DNA from: Dimorphilus gyrociliatus | Lineage: Eukaryota; Animalia; Annelida | DNA length: 64,000 nt | Reading direction: 5' to 3' | Assembly (NCBI GenBank): GCA_904063045.1 | Contig: CAJFCJ010000021.1 | Location: 682,001-746,000, forward strand | In this document: positions 21,501 to 34,095 of the stretch, one piece after another | Position numbering within the stretch: position 1 is the stretch's first letter | Layout of the letters: every line of letters begins with the position of its first letter | Translations under genes and position numbers: made by a program | Notes under the pieces: generated by a model | The model's database searches: none | What the model saw: the letters and a program-made list of their open reading frames with translations, nothing else | What the model was told of the DNA's origin: nothing

Positions 21501-24425
21501 AAGATTTTCCATAGACTATATGTGCATTAAAAAAATGAAGTTGTATCGTTTTTCCTTCCGTTTCCAGCTAATTACATCATATGTAGTCCTTGGTAAAGAT
21601 GTAGTTTTCCCTTTGGGTAAAGTATTGAAAATTATTTAAATTTCTACTCTACAACAAAACTATTATAAAGTCTTAATAAATATAATAGATTAATAATAAA
21701 CTAATAATTTGAATAGGTTGAGAAAGAAAAGGCGAGAAGAGGAAAGAGAACAAAGAGAACTAGAAGATAAAATATAAGAAAAAAAAAGAGGGTCAAGAAC
21801 AAATCCTCTGCGAATTACTCGACTGTTAAATGTTATTTTATCGACTAAACGATTCTCTCATTTCTCCTCTTAAATAGACAAGTAAGTCAATTTTTTACTT
21901 ACCACCCTATTTATTCTTTATATTCAACTTTTTCTATATATAACAATGTTAATAAGAACCGGTAGCGATAGGAGCTCGTGTGGTTAAATGGTTTCCGAAC
22001 GTAGAAAGCGAAATAAAATGATATCTTAACTTATTTCCTAAGAGAATCAGTTCAAATAGTGGCCTCATTCGCTGAACCCTGAAAATTGTAAATCCCTTAT
22101 GCTAAAGCACTCTGTGTTTCACAAGCTGCCTCATCCACTTACTTTCGGATAAAAGCTCTAAATAAATTAATTATATCCAAATGTCATAAGCCTCCCAGAA
22201 CTGTCAGTTCCTTAGAACTTAACATCCACAGTATATTTCCTTACTATCATTTATTGTACTTATTTAAGCTTCTTCTTCTCACTCTTCTTCCTTTATTCCC
22301 TTTCTTAAACGATAATTTAAGATTTAGAGATATGCGATACGGGACGAGGATGAAGGGGATCTTATAAATTAGAATCGAGTAATTAAAGCCGTGAAAAAAA
22401 AAGAGAAAAGAATTGTATGAATAAGAATAAAATCATGTGAAAATCTGTCGGTTTGTTCCATTATTAAGTTATTTCAGCCACTTATTTCCCTTAAAACCGG
22501 ATGTAAGTAAATTAATTATGCCGAAAAGTTGTTAACCTTCGATATAATGTAAATTCTTTAGGATTTTTCCCCAAAGGCTTACCTTAAAAACTCCCAATGC
22601 AATTTTACACAAATTTTCAGTACTCTTCCTAAAGGAGATAATCGAGTTGTTATTAAATGTATATAAAAAAAACTCTTGGCGTTTTTTTTTAGTGTTAAAT
22701 TACATTGAGATTAGTATTTAGATATTCTATTTTTGTTTTTTTAAAAAAACAACACGTTATAAACATCTCTACTTTGTAATTGGTTTTCTATAGATAGTTA
22801 TATAAGTCTATATACAGTATATATATATTTACAGTATAGAAATATACCTACTAGTATCCCTTATGAAATTGCAATGTAATATATTATTAACGAAATCGTT
22901 CAATTTTCTTTTTATGTTAATTAGAGAAATTATCTTTCATTTTAATTGGTAAGGATTAATTTACTTCTTATCGAAAACAAAAAGATTATTTAAATCATCA
23001 ATTGTTGCATTATTGATTTTATTTTCTTTTCTGTTTCTTTTTTGCTTTTTAAAGACGTAGTATATCTATTAAAATCTCTTCAACCGAGAGTAATCCCTCT
23101 AATCTCGTGCTTCTAATTACTCTATAATTCCTTCTTTTTTTTATTAATTAGCACCATCTTATACAACTCTTACTTTTATAACTAAGTATGTTATAATACG
23201 TATAATAGAATGAGAAAGAGAGAAAGAGAGAGGAAGAGTTGTAGGTGTTCCTAGAAAGTAAATTGTATGCTACAATTAAATCATTTCATTTTAAAAACTA
23301 GGAAATAGAATACTAAATCAAGTAGACTGTTATTATTATATCAATTAATTCTTCAGTAGGCAATCGTTCTGTTCTTTAATATTCTTTTCAATTAATTAAT
23401 TCATTTGTTGCCAAAATAATCACTGTAAAGTTAAATTATACAGTTGTTATCTTTTCTTCTTTACTTGTCTTTTCAATCTTCTCTCTCTCTCTCTCCAGTT
23501 TCTTCTACTGTATATGATATCATGTCTATAATCTAGTTCAAATAATATATCGTTAAAAGTCTTGTCATTAAACAATCTCTCTTTACGGACATACACATAC
23601 ATATATATTACTAGTATACTCTAATATAAATAATATTGATAATGATTATAATGAATAGGAAAGAAATTAAGGTTAAGTGTTTATTTCTTTTTGTGTCTCT
23701 TTCTTATATAATAAAAAACAGTCAAGTAATCATTAATAAACTGGAGTCGGATCGTTGAACCTTAAAAATGAAGGAAACTGTAAAAATTCCCTGAGGTATA
23801 GTCGCCTGGTGTTCCACAAGAAGTGTTTGCCACTTAATTTCAGTGTAAAGAAGTAATAAATTAGTTAATACCCAACGAATCCTTTCAAATGACTACATAA
23901 AAAAAATGTATGTATATGCACGTATATAAATATATACCTATATGTTTGTGCAAGTATACTGTAGCATGGTAAATTGTTGATCATAAAGTGTTTATTATAT
24001 TTATCATATTAATACTAATATATACAATGTATCTTCTAACTGCAAGAAGACAAAAGGAAATAAAATAGTACACCAAATCTTTCCGTTTATTACCAGAACA
24101 AAAAAAAAGAAAGAAAAATTAGTCTGTAAGCACTTGTTAATGTAAGTGTTTTTGGTTAAATAATTAGGCCTAATGATGCTTAAGGGATAATTACAAAAAG
24201 TAATAATTAGAATGGAAGAGGATCCGTTCAAATCTAGAAAATGATTAAATAAACACCTATCATATAACGAGAATTATGTAAGACAAAAATTTTACATATA
24301 AAATAGCGATAAAGTTTTGGATATACAATATTAAATATTGTGAAGGATGCTGCATCGACAAAACTGGCACAGTCAGAGAGAAAGAGAGAGAGAGAAAAAA
24401 AAGAGTCAAAAGGAAAAGAATGAAA

Positions 24426-24465
<40 letters not shown>

Positions 24466-25062
24466 AGAGCAAAAAAGGAATAAGAGGGTAAGAGAGAACA
24501 TCTAAAACAAAAACAGAAATTTCTTCTAAAGGGCTGTTGAAAGAGAAATTAATTAGGCCTAATACATGTCGTACAGGCCTATTCGACCCTTGAAAAAATC
24601 TAAAGCGTGAAGGCATTAGGCGAAAAAAGGGAACAAATTACAAACAACCGCCTCGGCGAAAAGCGTGACGTAATGACAAACGATCGATTTCCCCAACATC
24701 GGTTAAGTAATGCATGGACAGCGATATGGGGAGCGTCTCTTTTACACGGGCGTCACTTTTTTTTGCTGCGGAGGTTGGCGTGCGAAATAAGGCGGCTTAA
24801 TGCGATTTTCTCGTCTATAGACGAAACGACGAATTACTTAATGAATTCGGCTGTGCGACGGCGTTTCCAAGGAGACGCCGTAATAGACGCTAAAGCAGAC
24901 GACGTACTTAATAGGCTCATATAGAAAAGGCATTGACGTCGCGCGAAAAAGTGCTTATAGTTCGGTCAATAATCTTCTGTATGCGGAAGAGTTTGACGCG
25001 TTTTCCTTAAAATACAACACCAGGAATTGTATTTATATGCAGTATATTTAGCAAGAGAAAGG

Positions 25063-25097
<35 letters not shown>

Positions 25098-28000
25098 GTT
25101 TTCAATTAAATAGCAAAATACTTCTATTACGTCTAAATATATATCTCCCTCTTTATTTCTATTTATTTGTATCAAATTTTTTATGTAAATGAAAATATTT
25201 CACTTTGGAGATCAAATTATCATATAAAATGTTATAAAATGTACCAATTAATCAATAATCTCCTATTCTGTATACAATATATAAGTAATATACTATATAC
25301 ATATTTAAATATACTACTATATATCTACTTGTATGTTGAAATAAATCAAACTATATTCCCTTTTATAAGATACTAATTGCTGATTATTTATTAATTTATT
25401 ACGTTTTTCTAATAATATTAAGACTTTTGTTTATTGTTATCATAGGAATTATGAAACTAGACGAATAAGTCAGGAATTAATCGTTTGTTTATAGTAGGAT
25501 TTTTACCAACTACATCCATCTTTTCAATTCGCATTGTTGAGCAACGAAATGTCTTTTACAAATAAAAGGATATTATTAGCTATACCCTTTTCGAAATACG
25601 GATTACCGTGATAAATTTCTTCCTATTATAATTAATAGGGCGGCAAAAAGAAAAAGAAAAAGAAGGAAGACCAAGCATATATGCATTATATCAACTATAC
25701 ATCTCTCTTAAATATTCATTTAAATAGTATTAAAAAAAAATTACTCCTAATTTATCGACTCTTCCCCTTCCCTCCTTCCCTTTTCTTTTATTGATTAGTG
25801 AAATTTAATCTGTTTCCTAACCGAATTGAACTATTGAGTTAAAAGAGGTTTATATTAATAACGAAATTATTTAGATCATTTAACGCTACATTAATAAATA
25901 TTCAATCAATTAATCAATTAATTAATCAATCAGAAAAGTTAAGTATGAGTTTCTGCCTTTTCACTTTTCACCGAGAGAGGAGATAGATAGAGATAGAGAG
26001 AGGAGGAGGAGGAGGAGAAGGAGGAGGAAAAAAGTCGCAAAAATTGAGTAATAGTAGTACGCTTACTGTTATGTAAATATTTTGCCATTCACGCCATAGT
26101 TTTGGCATCAATCGGAAACGATTTAATTAAAAAGAATAAACGAATTTCTTTCTTTCTTTCTTTCCTTTTCTTTCTCTTTGTTTTTGTTTTGTTTTTGTTG
26201 AATTGTTTTGAAAAATTTCTCTCCACTTAGATAGATAGATAGATAGATGGATAAAGGAATTTGGCTAATTGATTAGTAGTTAAGAACAAGTAGACAAAGT
26301 AGATAAAAGGTAAATATTTTAATATTATGTACAGTGTGTTTGCTAACTAGTTTTTATGCCAAAGAAAATGATATATTACTTTGTAAAATCATCTCAACAA
26401 GTTCTTGTTTACTGTCCGCAAAAAATGGAACAGCCCTTTCTTCCTTTACTACGCACAAATAGGGTGAAAAGAAATTATTGTCGTACAACTTATCACAATA
26501 ACTCTATTTCCTACGGGGTCTACGTCTCCATCAGTCAAAATTACTTGCAACGAGTATCTGCTCCTTATCTCATTATGCTGAAAGTATAGCTCTTTTATTT
26601 CTTCTTTTCTCCTCTTTTAGTTTAACTGATTATCCCTAAAGGTTATATAGGATAGGAATCGATTGTAAAGAAGAAATCATTTTCTCAGTGCCTGTCCTTA
26701 AAGTACAATTAACTCGATCGCTATTTACGTACGGAGGCCACGAGACGAATGGGATACGAGCCCTTTAATAACAAGGCGTATATAGTTAAATATTTCCTTA
26801 ACATAATCCCTAATATTGTATTCATTTAATATTTTTACATTCTCTCTTCTCTACCTGCTCTTCCTCTTCTTGTTTTCTTTGTGTTGATACTTTTTTTTAA
26901 CTAATTAAATTATGTATGCACTAAGAATGAATGTTATTTTTTTTATAATATGCCATTATTAAGAGAACAATATGAAAAGAGAAAAAAGTTATGGCTCTTA
27001 TCCCGTAGCGAATTCTCTTCAGTTGTAAGCCTAGAATCCGCTTCGCTACAAAAGCAATTAATTATACTTTCTCTTTCTTTCTTTCTCTCAATCTCTCTTT
27101 TCTCTTTCTTTCTCTTTCTTTCTTTCTTTCTCTTTCTCTGTGTCCCACCCTCTTTGGCTTTCTGTTACAATACATACATTAACATTTATACGTTCATATG
27201 CTGTATCTTGGGTTTGTCCTTCAATCTCTTTTATAAAATATACATAGAGTTCACAGTTTCATTCCATCTTCAAGTACTTTTTCTTCTTCGTTCGGATCCT
27301 TCCTTTTATCTTAAGTCACTCTTAATCATGTGGATTATTTAGATTAAAATAATTCTATTTTTGAAGCTGGAAACTATAAGAGAAAAATCAAGTAATGATT
27401 TTTTAATCTGACAGACTGTTAATTTTCCTATTAATCAAGATATTCCTTTACAAAAGTTACGCGCTAGGCCTATACAACCACAAAAAAACTGAAGCACTAG
27501 TTAACAGCTTAACAAGAAGCACATTGCCGCTCAAATACAGTGACGATACTTAAGAGGAAAAGGAACTAATAGCCTCCTCTTCCTTTTTTTACGTGCAGTA
27601 TATTACTTTTTGTGCTCGAAAAATAATCTGTCATTTGTGTAAAGGCACATTGTACATCTTTTCTATACACATTTATTAATAGATATATATGTATATACAT
27701 TTATGGTACACATGTATAAGTGTATATTAATCAACAGCAGTTACTTATGTGAATTGTAGACAAATATGGTTTTTATTCCATACCAATTTGCAGTATGTTC
27801 TATCATAAGTCAATGGATCAAATGAAATTAACTACGTCTACTGCTTTTGTAGCTCTTACTAAATAGTTTTTTAAAACTTAAAATAGATAAGAAGGCGGTA
27901 CTAGGTATTCATTCTATTTCCGAAACTCTTAGCCCCTAACCTGCCCTTTAAGTATAATTAACTTGTTGCTTACAATTAGCCTATTATTGGAATGGACAAG

Positions 28001-28846
28001 ACGCCATCTATTAGCCAATTAAGAACCTTGGCAACGATAAAAAAAATTGAGGGTTTTGTACTAAAGAAAAAAATGTTAATAGTAAGTTAAAGGTTTATAA
28101 AGATATATTTCAAGTGTAATAAACACGTTTTGAGTGATAAAAATACAAATAATAGTTTTTCTATAAGTTTTTATACGAATATAAACGTATTAGAAAGAAT
28201 GTAAATAAAAAAATTGTTGGCTAGTTGGCTGGTTGATTTGGTGGAGAAAAAAAAAAGGAAAGATAAAATAAGATATAGAGAAAGAGAGAGAGAGAGAGGA
28301 GGGGGGAAGGAGGGGAAAGAATGAAAAAGGAGAAGGGAGGGGGGCCGAGAAGATTGGAATAGAGAGGAGAGAGAGAGAGAGAGAGAGCGTGTGCTCTAGC
28401 GAAAATTATCGCGTAAACAAACGCGGAGGAAAACACTATGCAGAACATTTCAGATGCGGCTAAATGGTATTTATAAATGCTCAATGTTTGCAGTACGGCT
28501 CGCGCTAGAGCTTTGTTTAGACAGGTGAAATTCTCTAGCAAGATACTAAGTCGGTTATAGGGCGATGATTTTTACACTTGAGATTCCTTCTTGATATACG
28601 TATTTAATTCCTACAGGCTAAATAAAAACTATTTGCCTTGTCTCTTTAGCATACTTTGCAGTTGAGAAGGAGAGAAATATTTGTTAGAATTACTTGAAGA
28701 TTCCTACTTTCCTTTTCCATTCTACGATTCCTTACTCCTTTAGCTCTTTTTCGTCGGTCGAAAAATAATGCCTCTCCTCTCCCCTTTCGCGTCTCTTTAG
28801 CCCTCCTACTTACTTTTTTCTCTGTCTCTCGCCTTTACAAATTTTT

Positions 28847-30099
28847 TGATTGATTGACTTTGATGGATTGATGTTTGTTGGTTATTTACAACAAACAGCC
28901 CAGTATCTAAATTGCTGAAGAGGAAACTATCAAGAGAAAATGAAGAAAAGAAGAAGAATGAAAGAATGTATCGTTTTCTCTCAATAAAAAATATTTTTTT
29001 ACCGCCTTTTTTTTCTTTTTTTACCATCGTAAGAACAAAGTATTGAATTATTTTAATTCAATGTTTTTACTCTTTCAACCATAAATTTGATTGATTAATT
29101 TCTATGGATCGGCGTCGTTTAGACTATTAAAGAGAAAGTTCAATAAAAAATATAAAAGTATAAATAATAAGTAATGTTATAAATGATAATAAATAATGAT
29201 AATATTAATAATATACATGATAAATATTAGATTATGTTAACATTATATACCATTTTTCAACCGTATAAAAAGACCAAAGTGTGGATTTGATTGATTTTGA
29301 TGGATCGCTCTTGTTATCTATTTACAAATACTATCAAAATTAAATGCTGTAATGTTGCGAGATTTTTTTTCAAGTGTGTAGTTAAGTTATTTAATCTATT
29401 TTCTACCATTTGATTTCTCATTCTATCAGTATAATATATATATATATATATATACACTCTTATTTTTTCTTTATGCAATATTTACGCTTATTTACATTCA
29501 TAAAAAACTTCTCTTTTACCTACTTATTTTTATATTTTCTTTTACAACACAGAGTTTATCTCCTCCGGCACCAAATTGTATTTTATTAAAAAACACATCT
29601 CGACCTTATAGGCGTCTAAAAGGCCGTAGCTTCTTTTTTTACGTCATTTTTTACGTCAGTAAATTGTTCTCAATTTGTATACCAATATGTAATTGGGCGG
29701 CAAAGAGGGGAGGATGGGGAATTATCTAAAAAATGTCAAAGTCAGTCCAAGGTCAGCGTTAGAGTTAAAACTCTCTTTCCGTTTCTTTTCCCGACGTTTA
29801 GCGAGATTTATGGATGGATGATTTATGGTCCCTTATTTATGCCTTTTAACGCTTATTATTTCTTTCTTTTAATTTGTTTGCGCGTTAAATTTCTATTGGA
29901 AATTGTAAAGAAAATATCATCAGACGACTTAAAATCACACACTATCAATAAAGAAGAGATAGAAGAGATCATTTCCCTTAGCCTCTTTGCATTTCAATTG
30001 TAAAGATATTTTACTGCCTTAAGGCAACTTCCTCTATGTTTCGATGAACACTTTATACTTGATTTATTTTGATGGATTGATCTTGTTTAACTATTTACA
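28847..30099 (+). repeat. Four dispersed copies of a ~40-bp module (TGATTGAT..TGATGGAT..TTGTT..TATTTACA)
   Basis: Copies at 28851-28890, 29092-29131 (degenerate), 29288-29326 and 30060-30099. Confidence 0.8.
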
Positions 30100-30417
30100 T
30101 TGAAGCTTCTCGTTGATAATACTATTGTCTATTATAGCGTATTTATCTTTTCAATAGGCCTAGAAGAGAGGGAGATAGAGTGAGTGAGTGAGTGAGTAGA
30201 GAGTCAGAGCGTCCTCTATTCTCTGAAAGTTATTATTGATGGAAAAAAACTTTTCTATATGCATAACCTAGTTTGATGGTTTATTTTTTTACTTAGTTAA
30301 GAAGAGAAAAAAGGTATAAGGAAAAAGATAGCGAAAATAGAAAGCTAACGGATAAAGTCTAAAGGGGGGAAAAGCGGAGACACAGCAACATACATAATCT
30401 ATATATAAATAGACAGG

Positions 30418-30448
<31 letters not shown>

Positions 30449-30805
30449 TAGCAGGCTAATCGATAAGAACGATCATCGCTTGAGATTTTTCTCGTTTGTT
30501 TTTTTATAGGCGATCAATCGATATAATAGTAAAATTATAACGATTAGGATAAGTATTGGATAAGTTATCATTAAGATATCGATATCTTAGCTCATTCGGT
30601 TAAGTTTCCTCTATTTACTAGGAGCTTGAAATCACATAGCTTGTATTTGTCTATATCTATATAACGTATACTTGTATTGCCTGTAGTACTAACACCTCCG
30701 TCTTTACACTTCACTTATCAAATAGTTTAATTGACTATTGCTTTACGATATAACCTTTTCTTTTTAAAGATGATTTATACTATATATATATACACATAGA
30801 CAAAG

Positions 30806-30812
<7 letters not shown>

Positions 30813-30853
<41 letters not shown>
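30813..30853. repeat. (TA)n microsatellite, ~20 units
   Basis: Uninterrupted TA run. Many shorter (TA)n, (GA)n, (GT)n, (TTG)n, (TTA)n and (CTT)n tracts occur across 13-64 kb, e.g. (GA)n 30418-30444, (CTT)n ~19658-19688, (TTG)n ~43615-43645, (GT)n ~48191-48216. Confidence 0.95.
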
Positions 30854-30856
<3 letters not shown>

Positions 30857-31706
30857 GTATATGCCATTATCCCTCTGATAATTGTTACATTTCATTTTCT
30901 TCTTCTTTTACAATTGATATAAATAGATTAGGCCTAAAACAAGTTATAATAACTGTAATTAGGTCTTTTCCATTTAATTAGTACTTTTTGTCAAATTATA
31001 TGACAGTTAATTCATTTAAGGAAAAAGGAAGAAAATATTGAGAGTCAGTAACATGTTTGTTTGCTTGCCACTATTATACTAAAGTACGTCTTCTTTCCAT
31101 TCTTGTTTCTTGTACTCTTATCCATTTTAAACCTTATTAGAAACCGTATTAGTGTATACATGTGTACTTGTATATATTTGGTTTTTATTGACGTCTAAAA
31201 TCAGTTAGAAGTGATTCTATTTCATTTATAATCGCCTAATTTATGAAAGATTATAGAGGCCGTACAAAAACAGCCGCGATTCGCTTGAGAATTGATCTTG
31301 ATACACAATAATGTTCTGTTTAATCAATGCGGACATGCAGTTTCATTAATCAACTTTGTTTAATTTATATAATCATTTATTTACAAAAACTTGGATTCAC
31401 ACGGGAATTCGCCAACAGAATGAAACTTGTTACGAGGTAATGAGTTCTGCTCTTTAGCTTTGATTAATTAATGTAATTATTTAATTACAACAAAAAATTT
31501 TAAAAAATATGCATAAATTAAAAATATTTCATTTTCTATATTGTTTTATTTTTGTTATTAATTTTTTTTTAAAAAAAAAAAGAAAAACATTTTCTTTCTA
31601 CTTAGAAATTTTTGTCTTCTTTCCTTTTAATTAATCAAACGAAAATTTTTACTTTATTTTTTAAGTAAAAGATCTAAAGTGTAAAAATTTATAATTAATT
31701 ATATTT

Positions 31707-31742
<36 letters not shown>

Positions 31743-31928
31743 AAATTACTTCCTATTACGTAATAGAAATTTTGGTGATATTTTAAAGGTTAATTGAAGA
31801 GATTTGTTAAAAATTTTGTTTATATTTATTTTATGTAATAGCACATTGACATTCTACAAATAATAACAGCAACGTTTAGACTCATTCATGTATGTAAAGT
31901 GTATGCAAGTATATACAATACGCAAGTA

Positions 31929-31971
<43 letters not shown>

Positions 31972-34053
31972 CTCTTCCTCTTTTACTTAGTGTCTTGTCT
32001 TGAGAGTCTTGGAGAATAGCAGATATTTTAATACTATTATACCTACGTTTATAAGCGTTATACATCTTGCCTATATACAGTATATATATATATATAGGCT
32101 GCTATAGAAGATAAATAGAATAATAATAAAAAGGGAGAAAAAAAATAAGAGGAAAATGATAAAGATTATACTTTTTATTTTCCAACACTAGAAAAGATGC
32201 TTAAGTAAACAAAGAGGAAAGAGGAGGAAAAAGGGAGCATAAATGTTAATGGATAATGTTATGAATAATTAAATTAATGTAACTCAGGGAAATCATCTTC
32301 TATAAAATAGCATAAAGAACTCGGTATAAATCACACGATAAATTTGTCCAGCAGCCAAATCTCACGATACCATAGTCAATTATTGCTTGGGCGATTACCC
32401 TCCCTTCTGTATGCATAGTAATTTAATTAAGGCTAAAAAAAATCAGAAATTTTTCCACTAATCTAATAAATTATTGATCGATTAATAAAAAAATATAAAG
32501 ATATATATATTTTTTTTTAAAAAAAAGCAGGAAATATAACAAAACTATTCTTGTTTTATACACAATTACGCAAACACGTAAATCACACAATAAAAACAGA
32601 TCGCACCTGCAAAGCTGGTAAGATGAATGGCAATCGATTTTTTTTATTTCCTATAATGTACCGTATATAGGATTTTTTTTATACATTAAAGTGCATATCA
32701 GCTAATTAATGGCGGCTATGTCATCAAAGAAACATTTTTGGAAAAACAATATGGGTGGAAGGAGGTGGAATATATTCCCTAGTCAATATGTAAAAGGTCA
32801 AGACTATAAATGTATTCTGTTATTGATTGCTGAGGCTGCCATTATTGCAAGCCCCCTTCTTGATTGGCTTTCCTTAGTGCTAAGTAATTACCAATCTTAC
32901 TCCGCTTCTTTTCCATTTATTTCCCTCCTCCGCACCGCTTTTTCCTTAATTACATTTGCGAAAGGGCTCAATAAGTCAATAATAATATCTAAGCCTACTT
33001 TATTTATATTATATACGTATTGTGTAAACAAGACTAGAGTTTAAAGGTCAAAAAGTAAAAATGTGTAGCATACACATAGCATTAGTCTGGTGAATGAGGA
33101 AGCTATCTACGGTGTAAATTTACACTACTAACCGGTGGAAGTCAAAATTACACCGGTGACTAGTCAAGTGCAAATTTTAACGCTTTCAATCAGAAAATTA
33201 CATTGTATACTTTATTGTTACAATATATACAATATAGTTAATATAGTAAAGATGATATATATATATATATATAAACTGCTATATATATATATAGATATGT
33301 ATACTTCTATATATATATATATATATATACATATTTATATATATATACATTCATATCTACATATATATATATATATATCATATAGTATAAATTTACATCA
33401 GTAACTCTAGGCGGTCAATAATAATATCCAAGTTCCACTTATTTGTATTATTATACATATTGTGTAAATAAGAGTATGCAGTCTAAAAGGTCATCAACAG
33501 CAAAATAGAAATACACTGGGCGTCAACTTAATGACACTGTAAACTGTAATAGTGGGGAAATGCTCTTATATCCTTTCCCGTCTTCAACAATCCATTCATA
33601 TTTTCTTTCCCCTATCTCCTCTTTATCCCTCTTATAATAGCTTACATATCTAAAAAATTTACACCGGCTAAACCAGTCGAAAGAGTAGAAAATTACTGTA
33701 GCCAGGCGTAAATTTAACCCTTTCGGAATCTATACGAAATCGGTAGAAAGGGGAGAGGCCCTAAGGGTCGTCGGTTGTAAAAGCGTTAAAGGGGAAAAAA
33801 GAGAACGAGAGAGAGAAGAAGGAATATGAGCGGGTCATACTGGAAAATCCTAAATGGATTTGATGGGATGACTCGATGAGTGTGTATGGGAGGTAGAGAA
33901 ATGGAAAAAGTGTGAACGAGTGTTGGGAAGAAGAATGAGAAGAAGAGTAGGCGTAAAAGAGAACGAAAGGTTGAGAGCCTGGAGGTTGAGGTCGATTTAA
34001 AAGGCATTAAAAAAATAGATAAGAAATGATGAATGAAAAATAAATGAATTAGT

Positions 34054-34095
<42 letters not shown>

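Noticed and set aside
21973-22010. tRNA A-box-like GCTCGTGTGGTTAAATGG; also TTCGAATCC near 36584
   Set aside because: Neither has the partner box at the right distance or a cloverleaf. No tRNA or rRNA gene is supported in the window.
28847-30099. CRISPR-like interpretation of the 40-bp repeats
   Set aside because: Eukaryotic context, spacers of very unequal length (~160-730 bp), degenerate non-palindromic repeats and no cas genes.
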